Positions 36,988 to 46,049 of a stretch of DNA of 64,000 nt are shown here, in pieces. Source of the stretch: Candidatus Omnitrophota bacterium (GTDB lineage Bacteria; Omnitrophota; Gorgyraeia; Gygaellales; JAQTUX01). Position numbers and translations under genes: made by a program. Under the pieces are notes generated by a model. The model was given only the letters and a program-made list of their open reading frames with translations, had not been told where the DNA came from and searched no databases. The stretch is taken from positions 77,639-141,638 of the forward strand of contig JAQTUX010000001.1 in assembly GCA_028707125.1 (NCBI GenBank), given 5' to 3'. Within the stretch, counting starts at the first letter, position 1. Every line of letters begins with the position of its first letter.

Positions 36988-37844
36988 AGTATCTCCTGTT
37001 TTAATTGACCCTCTTGATCAGAGGATTCAGTGAGTTGCGCGCCTATGTTCCTGGTTGCCTCTTTTTCAGATTGGACATTTTTTAAAGCATCACGAAGAAA
37101 CTCATTGGCAAATTCAAGGTATTTCTGCGCGCCTAAACAGTCCTTATCATAATCCATAATGGACTTCCCAAAACTGGGCGCCTCGCTTAATTTAATATTC
37201 CTGGGTATAATGGCCTTGTATACCTTATCTTCAAAATGATGCCTTGTTTCAATAATAACCTCTCTGCATAACTTGGTGCGCAAGTCCGCCATTGTGAGAA
37301 GGACCCCTTCTAATTGCAAAGAGCCGTTCAGATTATCTCTTACAAGTTTAATGGTATTAAGTAGTTGCGATAGGCCTTCCAGCGCGTAATATTCACACTG
37401 AACCGGGATCACTACAGAATGCGAGGCGCTCAAGGCATTGATAGTTAAAAGGCCAAGGGATGGAGGACAGTCAATAAATATAAAATCGTAATCCTGGCTT
37501 GCCGGTTCCAAGGCCTTTTTGAGCCGGAACTCACGATTAAGCACGCTCACTAACTCTACTTCGGCGCCGGTAAGATTAATATTTGAGGGGATAAGATCAA
37601 GATTGGGAACGGCTGTGCGCTGTATTATGTCTTTTGCCTGAGCTTCGTCCAGCAATAAGTGGTAAGTGCTCTTCTCAACCTGATTTCTATCAATACCTAA
37701 GCCGCTTGTGGCATTTGACTGAGGGTCTAAATCAACTAAAAGGATTTTGTTTTGCAGGACAGACAGGCAGGCCGATAAATTGATGGCGGTAGTGGTCTTG
37801 CCGGTACCGCCTTTTTGGTTGCAGAAACTTATAATTCTTGCCAT
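36984..37844 (-). CDS. parA: Chromosome partitioning ATPase ParA/Soj
   Basis: 286 aa. The deviant Walker A is KGGTGKTT, with a C-terminal extension of ~30 aa. Confidence 0.85.
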   Translation of the reverse strand: MARIISFCNQKGGTGKTTTAINLSACLSVLQNKILLVDLDPQSNATSGLGIDRNQVEKSTYHLLLDEAQAKDIIQRTAVPNLDLIPSNINLTGAEVELVSVLNREFRLKKALEPASQDYDFIFIDCPPSLGLLTINALSASHSVVIPVQCEYYALEGLSQLLNTIKLVRDNLNGSLQLEGVLLTMADLRTKLCREVIIETRHHFEDKVYKAIIPRNIKLSEAPSFGKSIMDYDKDCLGAQKYLEFANEFLRDALKNVQSEKEATRNIGAQLTESSDQEGQLKQEIL

Positions 37845-37855
37845 AAGTGGTCAAT

Positions 37856-37892
37856 AATGTTCCACGTAGAACAATGTTCTACGTGGAACATT
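37856..37892. promoter_or_regulatory. 37-bp perfect palindrome containing two inverted parS-like 16-mers, 12 bp upstream of the parA start
   Basis: AATGTTCCACGTAGAACA-A-TGTTCTACGTGGAACATT. Each 16-mer (TGTTCCACGTAGAACA) matches canonical parS (TGTTTCACGTGAAACA) at 13 of 16 positions. Confidence 0.6.
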
Positions 37893-37928
37893 TACACATA
37901 TTTTACTAATTTATCGCGGTATGTCAAG

Positions 37929-38129
37929 CTATTTATGCTGCTTGATAACTGTTACGCGCACTTTGGCGGGTTTTGCCCCGGGCATACCAAAAAGCCCTTT
38001 TTCTTCCTCGGAGAGAACTTCAATTTTGACATTATCCCTGACCTGCTTTAGCTGCTTTAACGCCTTTTTGACGGCATCTTCAATTGTATTACCTTCGATC
38101 TCTATGCTCTGCCCGGATTTATTACGCAT
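37929..38129 (-). CDS. Jag_N-domain-only small protein, the KhpB/Jag N-terminal domain
   Basis: 66 aa. SIEIEGNTIEDAVKKALKQL matches the Jag_N pattern. It has the conserved position downstream of yidC. It lacks the KH and R3H domains of full-length Jag. Confidence 0.5.
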   Translation of the reverse strand: MRNKSGQSIEIEGNTIEDAVKKALKQLKQVRDNVKIEVLSEEEKGLFGMPGAKPAKVRVTVIKQHK

Positions 38130-39624
38130 TTTTTACCATCCTCAATTGAGAGATAGCCATAAGCGCGCTGTTAAACAACCAGTATAAAACCAGGCCTGAA
38201 GGCATATTATAAAAAATAAAGCCGAAAAGCAGGGGAAAGAGCACAGACATAATTTTCTGTTGTTCGGCGTTAACTCCGGAGGAGCTTTTCATGGATGTCT
38301 TTTGCTGCCAGAACATAACAACCAGCATAAGCAGCGGTAAGATATTGATGTCCTTACCCAGCAGCGGCAGGGCCTGTTTTAATATAAACGCCCGGTCCGG
38401 CTCAGATAAATCCTTTACCCAGAGAAAGGTTGCCCCTTTTAATTCAACAGAACGCATCAGCGCCTGATATAAAGAGAAAAATATGGGTATTTGTAATACT
38501 AAAGGCAGGCATCCGCCTAAGGGATTGATTTTATGCTCCTTATATAGTTCCATAATTTCTTTATTCAGTTTTTGGGGATTATCCTTGTGCGTCTTTTTCA
38601 GTTTTTCTATATGCGGCTGCACTGCCTGCATGTCTTTCATAGAACGCAACTGCTTTAGGGTCAAGGGGAACAAGGCAAGAAATATGACAATGCTGAACAA
38701 TATGATGGCCAGCCCCCAGTTTCTCGTCACAACGTGTAACGCCCTGACAACCCCGAAGAGGAATTTGGCGATCCCGTCAAAGAAACCAAAGTTGACCACC
38801 TCTTGCCAGCGCTCGTTCAGATGCCGAAGCTGCTGAATATTCTGCGGCCCTATATAGACGTCAAACCTGAATGCCTGGGTTGAACGCGCCGCGACTTCAG
38901 CCCCTGAAGATTGCAACCCTATAAGCGCATAGCGTTTACTCACTTTTTCAATAAACGGCTGAAACTTGCCGGAATGCGGCCTTAAGATCGCGCAAAAATA
39001 TCTGTCGCGGAAAGCAATAAAATCAATGGGCAGGGGAGAGGTAAAATTATTTTTCAGATTAGGCCTGACAATACTTTCAGGCAAAGCAATAATGCCTTGA
39101 TTAAAACGGGTTGTAAAATCTTTATCCGCGAAATCGTAACCGGCAAGAATGAGCTTCAAAGGAAGAGTGATTGTTTGAAGGGTAAGATTCTGGATTTCTA
39201 CATCTAACCTATTGATAACACTAGAGTTACGAAATGCAAACCTCAGGGTTATCTTCTTTTGGCTGTCTTCTCCGGAAACAATCAGTACTCCATTCTCAGA
39301 TCTGACCTCGTTAAATTTCACTCCGGCGAGATTAAATCCCTGGCTTAAGGCAAAGGCATAGTAATTAAAGTCCTTAAATAAAATCCTATCGATCCGCCCG
39401 GACTGTTTTCCATAATGGATCTCCGCATCCTCAATCTCAATAACTCCCGTGGGATCATTCTGCGCCAACAAAGCAACTTCCTGAGGCGTTGTTATCGGCG
39501 TCCGCGGCCTTATCTCTCGCGCAACCTCTTTACTAGCAATATGATGCGGCTTAGGCGCCAAAAGAGACCAGGTGGTTAAGATTACTAAAGAGAAGAGAAT
39601 GGCTAATAGTGTGCGTTTTTCCAT
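38122..39624 (-). CDS. yidC: Membrane protein insertase YidC
   Basis: 500 aa. It has an N-terminal TM helix, a periplasmic domain and the conserved 60-kDa insertase C-terminal core (…QKIMSVLFPLLFGFIFYNMPSGLVLYW…). Confidence 0.9.
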   Translation of the reverse strand: MEKRTLLAILFSLVILTTWSLLAPKPHHIASKEVAREIRPRTPITTPQEVALLAQNDPTGVIEIEDAEIHYGKQSGRIDRILFKDFNYYAFALSQGFNLAGVKFNEVRSENGVLIVSGEDSQKKITLRFAFRNSSVINRLDVEIQNLTLQTITLPLKLILAGYDFADKDFTTRFNQGIIALPESIVRPNLKNNFTSPLPIDFIAFRDRYFCAILRPHSGKFQPFIEKVSKRYALIGLQSSGAEVAARSTQAFRFDVYIGPQNIQQLRHLNERWQEVVNFGFFDGIAKFLFGVVRALHVVTRNWGLAIILFSIVIFLALFPLTLKQLRSMKDMQAVQPHIEKLKKTHKDNPQKLNKEIMELYKEHKINPLGGCLPLVLQIPIFFSLYQALMRSVELKGATFLWVKDLSEPDRAFILKQALPLLGKDINILPLLMLVVMFWQQKTSMKSSSGVNAEQQKIMSVLFPLLFGFIFYNMPSGLVLYWLFNSALMAISQLRMVKNA

Positions 39625-39647
39625 ATTATTATGTCCTCGGGGAAATG

Positions 39648-39860
39648 TTATTTAACCGGGTCAAATCCTCCGGCGGTAAAGGGATTGCATCGGGTTATTC
39701 TCCATAACGACAAAAGGGAGCCTTTAAATATGCCGTACTTCCTGATGGACTGGCCTGCGTACTGCGAACAGGTAGGATAAAACCGGCAGGACCGCGGCAA
39801 AAGGGGAGAGGCGTGTTTTTTATACGCGCCCAATAAAAAAAGGATGAACCGCTTCATCAT
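39648..39860 (-). CDS. yidD: Membrane protein insertion efficiency factor YidD
   Basis: 70 aa. …[11 protein letters not shown]… is the YidD signature. Confidence 0.85.
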   Translation of the reverse strand: MMKRFILFLLGAYKKHASPLLPRSCRFYPTCSQYAGQSIRKYGIFKGSLLSLWRITRCNPFTAGGFDPVK

Positions 39861-39862
39861 AC

Positions 39863-39994
39863 GCTAAGGCGCTTTCTCCCTTTGCGCCTGCGTCTTTTTA
39901 TGACATTCCTTCCTAAGCGGGTCTTCATGCGGGCGAGAAAGCCGTGCTTTCTCTTGCCGCGTATCTTGGTGGGTGTCTTAAGATGTTTTTTCAT
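39863..39994 (-). CDS. rpmH: 50S ribosomal protein L34
   Basis: The minus-strand translation is [43 protein letters not shown]. It is below the ORF-track cutoff. It sits directly upstream of yidD with no rnpA between them. Confidence 0.85.
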
Positions 39995-40057
39995 AGAGGG
40001 AAATTATAACATAGCGGGGAATTTAGTCAAGGTCAAAGTGAGAAATTCGGAAGGGGG

Positions 40058-41950
40058 CTACTTATGGCCGGATAATGCCTCAAGCCGCTTGCGGGCGTAT
40101 TCATCCTGCGGGTTTAAGCCAAGCGCCTTGCGGTAGGACTCTACCGCTTTGGAGAATTTGTTTACGCGGGCATAGAAATCGCCCAGCATATTGACATAGA
40201 AAGCGCCGTGAGGGTCGCAGGCAACCGCCCTGATAAATTCTTCTTCCGCGAGATCATCGCGCCTGTGGACAGAATAGAGCCAGCCCAATCTTAAATGAAC
40301 CTCCGCGCTTAATTTATTGATTCCCAGGGCCTGCTTATATAATTGCTCCGCCCGCTTAAAATCATTGTGCTTCTCGGCGGAATTCATCTGGCTGCGTATC
40401 GCGTGTATATTGGCAAGCATGGCAAGCGCGCGTTCATTGCGGGGATTAAAATATACCGACCGGTTTAGCGCCTCTGCCGCGCGGGAAAACTCCAGGCGCT
40501 CATACAGGTCTTTGCCTTTTGTGTAATGAAAAACCGAGATGTAGTGGCCGAGGGAGAAAAGATAGGCGCATACAGAAAAAACAATAATGGCGAGCACGAT
40601 AAAAAAAGACGCCTTTGGCCTGCCTACGCGCGGGACGCTTAGCGGGTTACCGCGTATTTTCCGCGTTACCAATAAATCGGCCCTCAAGGTAAGGGCCGCT
40701 ATCGTCACAAAGAGTATTGTCAGGGCGGGTATATGAAAGTTAAACTCATAAAGATTGTGCACGAGCAGCCCGAAACAGGAAGCAGACCCTCCTACGATGA
40801 CCCCTTGCAGCAGGGTCTTCTTTTGAAAGCCCATAGACCTGATAGAGGACTTAAAAAACGCGAAGAGAAACCAGAGAAACGCGGCCAGGCCCAGTATGCC
40901 TGTCTCAGAGGCGATCTGCAAATATTCCTGGTGGGCAAATTCAAAGAACGCGATAAGCCGGGGGTTCCTGAACTGCGGGTAGATAAACTGAAACGTGCCT
41001 AATCCGCTGCCAAGCAGGGGGCGCGCCCTGATCATACGCAGCGTATCCTGCCATAACACCCATCTTTTCCACAGTGTGGGGTTAGGTGAATTCTCGAGGC
41101 CGCCGTAGAACAAACCGGAAAACTTATGGGCGATGCTTGAGCCGTTCATTATAACGATCGCGCTGATCAGGATGATCAGCAGCGCGAAAAGCGTCATCTC
41201 TCCTCTATGCTTGACCAGGCCGGCAGCCCTGAGGAACACAAACAGCGCGAATAAGGAGGCGGCGATCTGGATCACTCCTCCTTTATCGGCGCTTACAACC
41301 AGCGCGCCTATCATCAAAAATACAAGGGAGGCGACCCAAAATTTATAGTTTGGGTTCAGCTCACAAAAAACCAGGGCGATACCCAGAGGCACGGCCATCC
41401 CCACATAAGCGGAAAAATGCGATGTGTTTGTAAAAGTAGAGAAGGCGGCGTATTTCCAGATCGAGGCGATGACGCTGCCGGCCGGGCTGATACTGCGCAG
41501 GATGCCTATGACAGAAATGGCGGCTGCCACAAGAAGTACCAGGCCGACTACGCGCATAACCGCGGCCTCGTTATCCAGCGAGTTAGTTATGACATACAGA
41601 AGCACGATCCAGGAAAGCAGCCACAATAAAGCCACTGTGGTCGCGTAGGGGTGCACGGAGACGAAAAGCCCGGCAAGCGCTATGGCAAAAAACAATAAAA
41701 GAGGCGTATCAATACCTGTCTTTACAAATTCCATTCTGCCCTTGAGCAGCATTCTACTCAACCACAACAGCGCCATCAAAAATACTAAAGAAAACAGGAT
41801 GACCTGCGACCATGCCTCCACGCAACCATAAACAAAAGCGGAGAAAACCAATAATAGAGCCAGCAATACCTGCATGCTAACGGCCTCCTCGCTGCTTTTT
41901 GTATTTATAGTCATAATAATAGTAGTGCTCCTCTTTAATATTAAAATCAT
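40058..41950 (-). CDS. O-antigen-ligase-family (Wzy_C) polytopic membrane protein with a C-terminal TPR domain
   Basis: 630 aa. It has ~10 TM helices and a Wzy_C-like loop, then ~150 aa of TPR repeats (…AEALNRSVYFNPRNERALAMLANIH…LGLNPQDEYARKRL). A true start at MQVLLALL (~41875) would remove the overlap with the kinase gene. Confidence 0.7.
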   Translation of the reverse strand: MILILKRSTTIIMTINTKSSEEAVSMQVLLALLLVFSAFVYGCVEAWSQVILFSLVFLMALLWLSRMLLKGRMEFVKTGIDTPLLLFFAIALAGLFVSVHPYATTVALLWLLSWIVLLYVITNSLDNEAAVMRVVGLVLLVAAAISVIGILRSISPAGSVIASIWKYAAFSTFTNTSHFSAYVGMAVPLGIALVFCELNPNYKFWVASLVFLMIGALVVSADKGGVIQIAASLFALFVFLRAAGLVKHRGEMTLFALLIILISAIVIMNGSSIAHKFSGLFYGGLENSPNPTLWKRWVLWQDTLRMIRARPLLGSGLGTFQFIYPQFRNPRLIAFFEFAHQEYLQIASETGILGLAAFLWFLFAFFKSSIRSMGFQKKTLLQGVIVGGSASCFGLLVHNLYEFNFHIPALTILFVTIAALTLRADLLVTRKIRGNPLSVPRVGRPKASFFIVLAIIVFSVCAYLFSLGHYISVFHYTKGKDLYERLEFSRAAEALNRSVYFNPRNERALAMLANIHAIRSQMNSAEKHNDFKRAEQLYKQALGINKLSAEVHLRLGWLYSVHRRDDLAEEEFIRAVACDPHGAFYVNMLGDFYARVNKFSKAVESYRKALGLNPQDEYARKRLEALSGHK

Positions 41951-42581
41951 TTAATACGGCGCCCAGCAGATTCGCCTTCAAATTGGAAAGCATGACCTTG
42001 GACCGGCGCACAGCGTCAATAAAAGACCTGCCGCTCCTGATCACCAGAATAGTCCCGTCGCAGATGCGGGCCAGGACAGCCGCGTCCGTCACGGGCAGAA
42101 GGGGAGGGGAGTCAAATATTATATAATCAAAGTCGGACTTCAGCCGTTCAAGCAGCACCTTCATCCGTTCACTGGCAAGCAGCTCCGGCGGGTTTGGAGG
42201 CAGTGTTCCCGAAGTCATTAAATACAGATTTTGCTGGGGGGTGTTCTTAATGAACTGCCATCTGTTCGCGGCGTCTTTATCGATCTCAACTATCGCGGAA
42301 GACAGGCCGAAGGTATTGCCCATTTGAAAGAACCTGTGCAGAGACGGGCTCCTCATATCCGCGTCTATGAGCAGCACCTTTTTATTTGACTGGGCGATCG
42401 CCAACCCTAAATTAGCGGCGAGCGTGCTCCTGCCGCTTTTAGAGTCGGCGCTGGTGATCAATATGGCCTTAAGGTTCCTGTCAACGCCGGCAAACTGCAG
42501 ATTGACCTTGAGCGTGCGGAATGACTCCGACGCCAGAGAATCCGGCTCAACAGCGACTATAAGTTCATTTCCCAGGTTCAT
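41877..42581 (-). CDS. BY-kinase (CpsD/CapB-type tyrosine-protein kinase), a stand-alone cytoplasmic ATPase domain
   Basis: 234 aa. Walker A is SADSKSGRST, Walker A' and Walker B are present, and the C-terminal tyrosine cluster is YYYYDYKYK. Confidence 0.75.
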   Translation of the reverse strand: MNLGNELIVAVEPDSLASESFRTLKVNLQFAGVDRNLKAILITSADSKSGRSTLAANLGLAIAQSNKKVLLIDADMRSPSLHRFFQMGNTFGLSSAIVEIDKDAANRWQFIKNTPQQNLYLMTSGTLPPNPPELLASERMKVLLERLKSDFDYIIFDSPPLLPVTDAAVLARICDGTILVIRSGRSFIDAVRRSKVMLSNLKANLLGAVLNDFNIKEEHYYYYDYKYKKQRGGR

Positions 42582-44004
42582 TTTTGCCCTTATTTAAAAC
42601 CGTTGTTTTGTTTACAGGCCGCCTGCCGCGCCTTAGCCTTATATGAGGGACCGCCCCCAGAACAGACAGCCCCAGGTAGCGCTCAACGTCCTCTATGGTC
42701 CTGACGGTGGTGTCCATTGCCTCGCGCATCAATGCCAGCATGATGCCGACGAGAAAACCCATGGCTGAGGCGCCGGATACGGGCAGGCGCGCCGGCTGCG
42801 CGGTCTCAACCGGCAGGGAGGCCGGCTCAATGATCTTAACGTTTACCGTCCCCCTTACTTCTTCCTCAAGGCTGACCTCTTTTAATTTTCTCAGGATGTT
42901 TTCGTATATATCCCTGTTCAAATTTACCTCTTTTTGCAGGCGCAGCAACCGGGATTGATCCACGCCGGACTCGGGCCTCTTCTGATAAGCGCCCACAACC
43001 TCTTCTAAATTACTGAGGGTCTGGATATCCGAAGTCAGGCTGTTGGCGGCGGCTTCCAACTCGTCCCTTATCTGATCCCGCACCAAATCAATTTCGGATT
43101 TTACGCGGATTATCTCCGGGTGTTTCTCTTTATAAACCTGGCTCAGGGCGTTCAGTTCATTATCCTTGTCCAGAAGTTTCTGTTTCAGGCCGACATTGAC
43201 GGTGTAAACGCTGCCTAACTTCTCCGAAACAAACGTGAGGGCCTGTATGATATCGCTCTCTGTAATTTCCCTCAAGGACTTCAGTGTGGATTCCTTCTCC
43301 GACTTTTCCTTCTTGATGCGCAGGAGTTCATCCTTTATGTTTTCTTCCGTCTCAATATTCAGCTCCTTCGGGATACCTGTCTGTACGCCGGATTCCTGCT
43401 TAAATCGCTCAAGCGCGTCCTCCGATTCATCCACCTTCTCCCTTGCCTTACGCACCTGCTCTACCAGATTGGAATAGATATTTTTAACGATGGAGTCGCG
43501 CTCCCGTTTTTTAATATCAACGAATGCCTCGGAGACAGCGTTCGCCATATCCATTGCCGCGCGCGGATTCCTGTCTGTGGCGTTTATGGCGATCACGCTG
43601 CTTAACGCCGCGGCCCTTCTAGATTCCTGGATAGGGGCGATCTCTATCGACTTCTGTATCCGTTCAACGGCGGGCTCTTTATCCCGCACCCAGCCCAGGA
43701 TCTCCGCGGCCCTTTCGGCAACGATGCGGCTGCGCAATAATTCATACTGCGCCTGAAGGAAAGAGGAAGGCTGCAGGCCCCAGGAATCTTCCTTGACGGC
43801 CGGCTGCCTGCCCATAAACGGCTCCATCTCCACAAACGGCGGCTCCACTGTAATCTTCGCGGTGGCAACGTAGAGCGGCACCACCTTCTTCTGAAAATAT
43901 CCGGCTATGGACGCCGCGATGACTACCGAGGCGATAATCCAGCCCTTTCTTTTCAGCAGTATCCGCGCGTAATCACCGAGGCCTGCTTTTGGCGGTATAG
44001 GCAT
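42565..44004 (-). CDS. Polysaccharide co-polymerase (Wzz/chain-length-determinant family), the partner of the BY-kinase
   Basis: 479 aa. It has an N-terminal TM helix, a long periplasmic coiled-coil region and a C-terminal TM helix (…GFLVGIMLALMREAMD…). Confidence 0.7.
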   Translation of the reverse strand: MPIPPKAGLGDYARILLKRKGWIIASVVIAASIAGYFQKKVVPLYVATAKITVEPPFVEMEPFMGRQPAVKEDSWGLQPSSFLQAQYELLRSRIVAERAAEILGWVRDKEPAVERIQKSIEIAPIQESRRAAALSSVIAINATDRNPRAAMDMANAVSEAFVDIKKRERDSIVKNIYSNLVEQVRKAREKVDESEDALERFKQESGVQTGIPKELNIETEENIKDELLRIKKEKSEKESTLKSLREITESDIIQALTFVSEKLGSVYTVNVGLKQKLLDKDNELNALSQVYKEKHPEIIRVKSEIDLVRDQIRDELEAAANSLTSDIQTLSNLEEVVGAYQKRPESGVDQSRLLRLQKEVNLNRDIYENILRKLKEVSLEEEVRGTVNVKIIEPASLPVETAQPARLPVSGASAMGFLVGIMLALMREAMDTTVRTIEDVERYLGLSVLGAVPHIRLRRGRRPVNKTTVLNKGKNEPGK

Positions 44005-44007
44005 CGC

Positions 44008-44604
44008 TTAAAACACCCTCCTGGTTACCACTACTATATCGTCCTGCTGTATGGGCACATCCGCTTCCGCGCCCTTGATAACATTATTAATATTAACCCT
44101 TATCCTCTTCTCTCTGCCGGCCACCCTTCTTTTAACGTAAACTATCTGGGAGGCGTAATCCGTCATCCCTCCGGAAAGAGTGATCGCCTTAAGCACGGTG
44201 AGATTACCCTCTATCTTATAGGCGCCCGGCTGCCTGACCTCTCCATAAACGTAAAACTGCCTGTCTGTTTTTGGCCTGTCAACGGCTACCGTAACAAAAG
44301 GGTCTACGATATAATCCTTGCCCAAAAGATACGTAAGATACTCTTTCAGCTGCGCGATGGTCAGCCCCTCCACCTTAAGCTCTCCCAGAAGGGGAAAGGT
44401 GATGTTCCCTGTCTCATCCACAACCAACTGCTGCGTCAGGTCCTGGTGCCTCCATACGCTTATGGAGAGGGCGTCGCCTCTTTGAAGCACGTAGTCCTGG
44501 TCAATGTCTCCCTGGCCCTGGATATCCGGGCCATCCTCCGCGGCGGCAAAGACACTAACGAAAACCAGCGAAACAACAATGAGGGGCATCATCCTTCTGC
44601 GCAT
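44008..44604 (-). CDS. Polysaccharide export protein, short Wza-like form (Poly_export plus SLBB domain)
   Basis: 198 aa. It has a signal peptide and the motif …DYVLQRGDALSISVW…PGAYKIEGNLTVLKAITLSGG…. Confidence 0.7.
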   Translation of the reverse strand: MRRRMMPLIVVSLVFVSVFAAAEDGPDIQGQGDIDQDYVLQRGDALSISVWRHQDLTQQLVVDETGNITFPLLGELKVEGLTIAQLKEYLTYLLGKDYIVDPFVTVAVDRPKTDRQFYVYGEVRQPGAYKIEGNLTVLKAITLSGGMTDYASQIVYVKRRVAGREKRIRVNINNVIKGAEADVPIQQDDIVVVTRRVF

Positions 44605-44606
44605 AA

Positions 44607-46049
44607 TTAAAAATCTCCTCGTAATTCTACGCTATAGGTATTCCTGATATACTTATCGTTAAAATGCAGGGGCGCCCTTATCGCGTCCAGGGTATAGCCT
44701 AAACCCAGATTCAGCCAGTCGCTCAGCCTGTAATTCAAGCCGGCGGTAACGGTATATATGTGCTTGGTTCTGCTATCTTCTTCGTGGCCCGCGGTAACGC
44801 CGTCTGCCGGATAGTACTCGTGCCTGTAATTAGGGTTTATTCTGGCTGAAAGCCCATTCAAAAAATAGTGGTTCAGGCTGAACCCAACCTCATTACTCAC
44901 GTAGCTTCTATAGTGGTTGCTGATGGCCTTTCTGTCCATCCAGATGTAATCCATGCTTATGTCTGTGAACGGCGAGATCCTGTGATACAGGTCAAACCTG
45001 GCCTTATAATAAAATTCACTGTTAACAAGCGACTCTGTCGTATTCTTTTTATTTATGGCATCATAGTCAAAACGTCCGGTTAATTTCGTAAGAGGAGAAA
45101 GATCGCGCCTGAAACCGAAAAACCAATCCCTCTCTCGTTCGTCGTTCCTGCCCCAGCTTCTTTCATCGAACAGTCTATAGCTAAACCCCATAAGCAGCGA
45201 GGTAGTCGGATCAAAATACCGCTCAAAGTCAAAATCTATCCGCTCTGTCTGGCTTTCATACTCTTGCACAGCGGCAGAGATATCTTCATGCTGCATCCTA
45301 AGGTGCAGCAGATTATGCCTGCCGCCGGGCATATAAGTCAATATGCTGGTAGTCGCATTTCTGTCTTTCCTCCGCTTGCGCTTATTGGAGATGGACTGTT
45401 CGCTAAAATTGGTGTCGAACACGCCCAGGTCGCTTGTCCTGACATACTCATGGGTAAGCTCCCAGTTGAATATATCCGACGGACGGTAAAGCGAAGTGGC
45501 CCTGAAGGTCTGCTCTCTCTCGCTGGTGGTCCGGTTCGGGAAATGCCTGTAATTATGCGCGTAGTTTGCCTCCAGATAGCTCTGCCCCCGCGGCAGGCGC
45601 AGATAATACGCGTAATTCAGGCGCGGCACCATATCGCTTTTTTCATTATCGGGGAACTGGTAAACATTATCGTCGTATTTCAGTTCCGTAACGACGCTGG
45701 TACGCAGCTGCGCCCTGCCGAAGCCAAAGCGATTCAACAATCCTTCCGGCCTGCTCTGCTCTTCTGTTCGCGCTGTCTGCGCCTCCGCGCCATCAGCGCC
45801 TCTGGAGGCAGCGTAAACCAGCGCCTCCTGCTGGGCGATCTCTCTCAACGCCGACTCCTCTTCTGTAATGCGCGCCTGCAAATGGTCCAACGCCTCTGTG
45901 GCAGCAAGCATACGCCTGAGGCGCGCCCTCTCATCTACGGACGCCTCTGCCAGCGTAGCGCAACTCAAAAAGGCCGCCATAGAAAACATGGCCAAGATCC
46001 GGCCGCGGCTATTCCGGTTGATAATAAAGGTAAAATCCATCCGCACCAT
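44607..46049 (-). CDS. Putative outer-membrane beta-barrel protein of the exopolysaccharide export locus
   Basis: 480 aa. A signal peptide is present. Amphipathic beta-strands with aromatic termini alternate, and the protein ends …YSVELRGDF with a terminal Phe. Confidence 0.5.
   Translation of the reverse strand: MVRMDFTFIINRNSRGRILAMFSMAAFLSCATLAEASVDERARLRRMLAATEALDHLQARITEEESALREIAQQEALVYAASRGADGAEAQTARTEEQSRPEGLLNRFGFGRAQLRTSVVTELKYDDNVYQFPDNEKSDMVPRLNYAYYLRLPRGQSYLEANYAHNYRHFPNRTTSEREQTFRATSLYRPSDIFNWELTHEYVRTSDLGVFDTNFSEQSISNKRKRRKDRNATTSILTYMPGGRHNLLHLRMQHEDISAAVQEYESQTERIDFDFERYFDPTTSLLMGFSYRLFDERSWGRNDERERDWFFGFRRDLSPLTKLTGRFDYDAINKKNTTESLVNSEFYYKARFDLYHRISPFTDISMDYIWMDRKAISNHYRSYVSNEVGFSLNHYFLNGLSARINPNYRHEYYPADGVTAGHEEDSRTKHIYTVTAGLNYRLSDWLNLGLGYTLDAIRAPLHFNDKYIRNTYSVELRGDF

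Noticed and set aside
39882-40136. 84-aa plus-strand ORF
   Set aside because: It overlaps the clearly recognisable rpmH (L34) on the opposite strand. Its translation has no homolog-like features.
41060-41080. Partial match (CCACAGTGTGGGG) to the arm-2 hairpin of the repeat element
   Set aside because: It lies inside the O-antigen-ligase CDS, lacks the partner arm and the full 8-bp stem, and is likely chance similarity.
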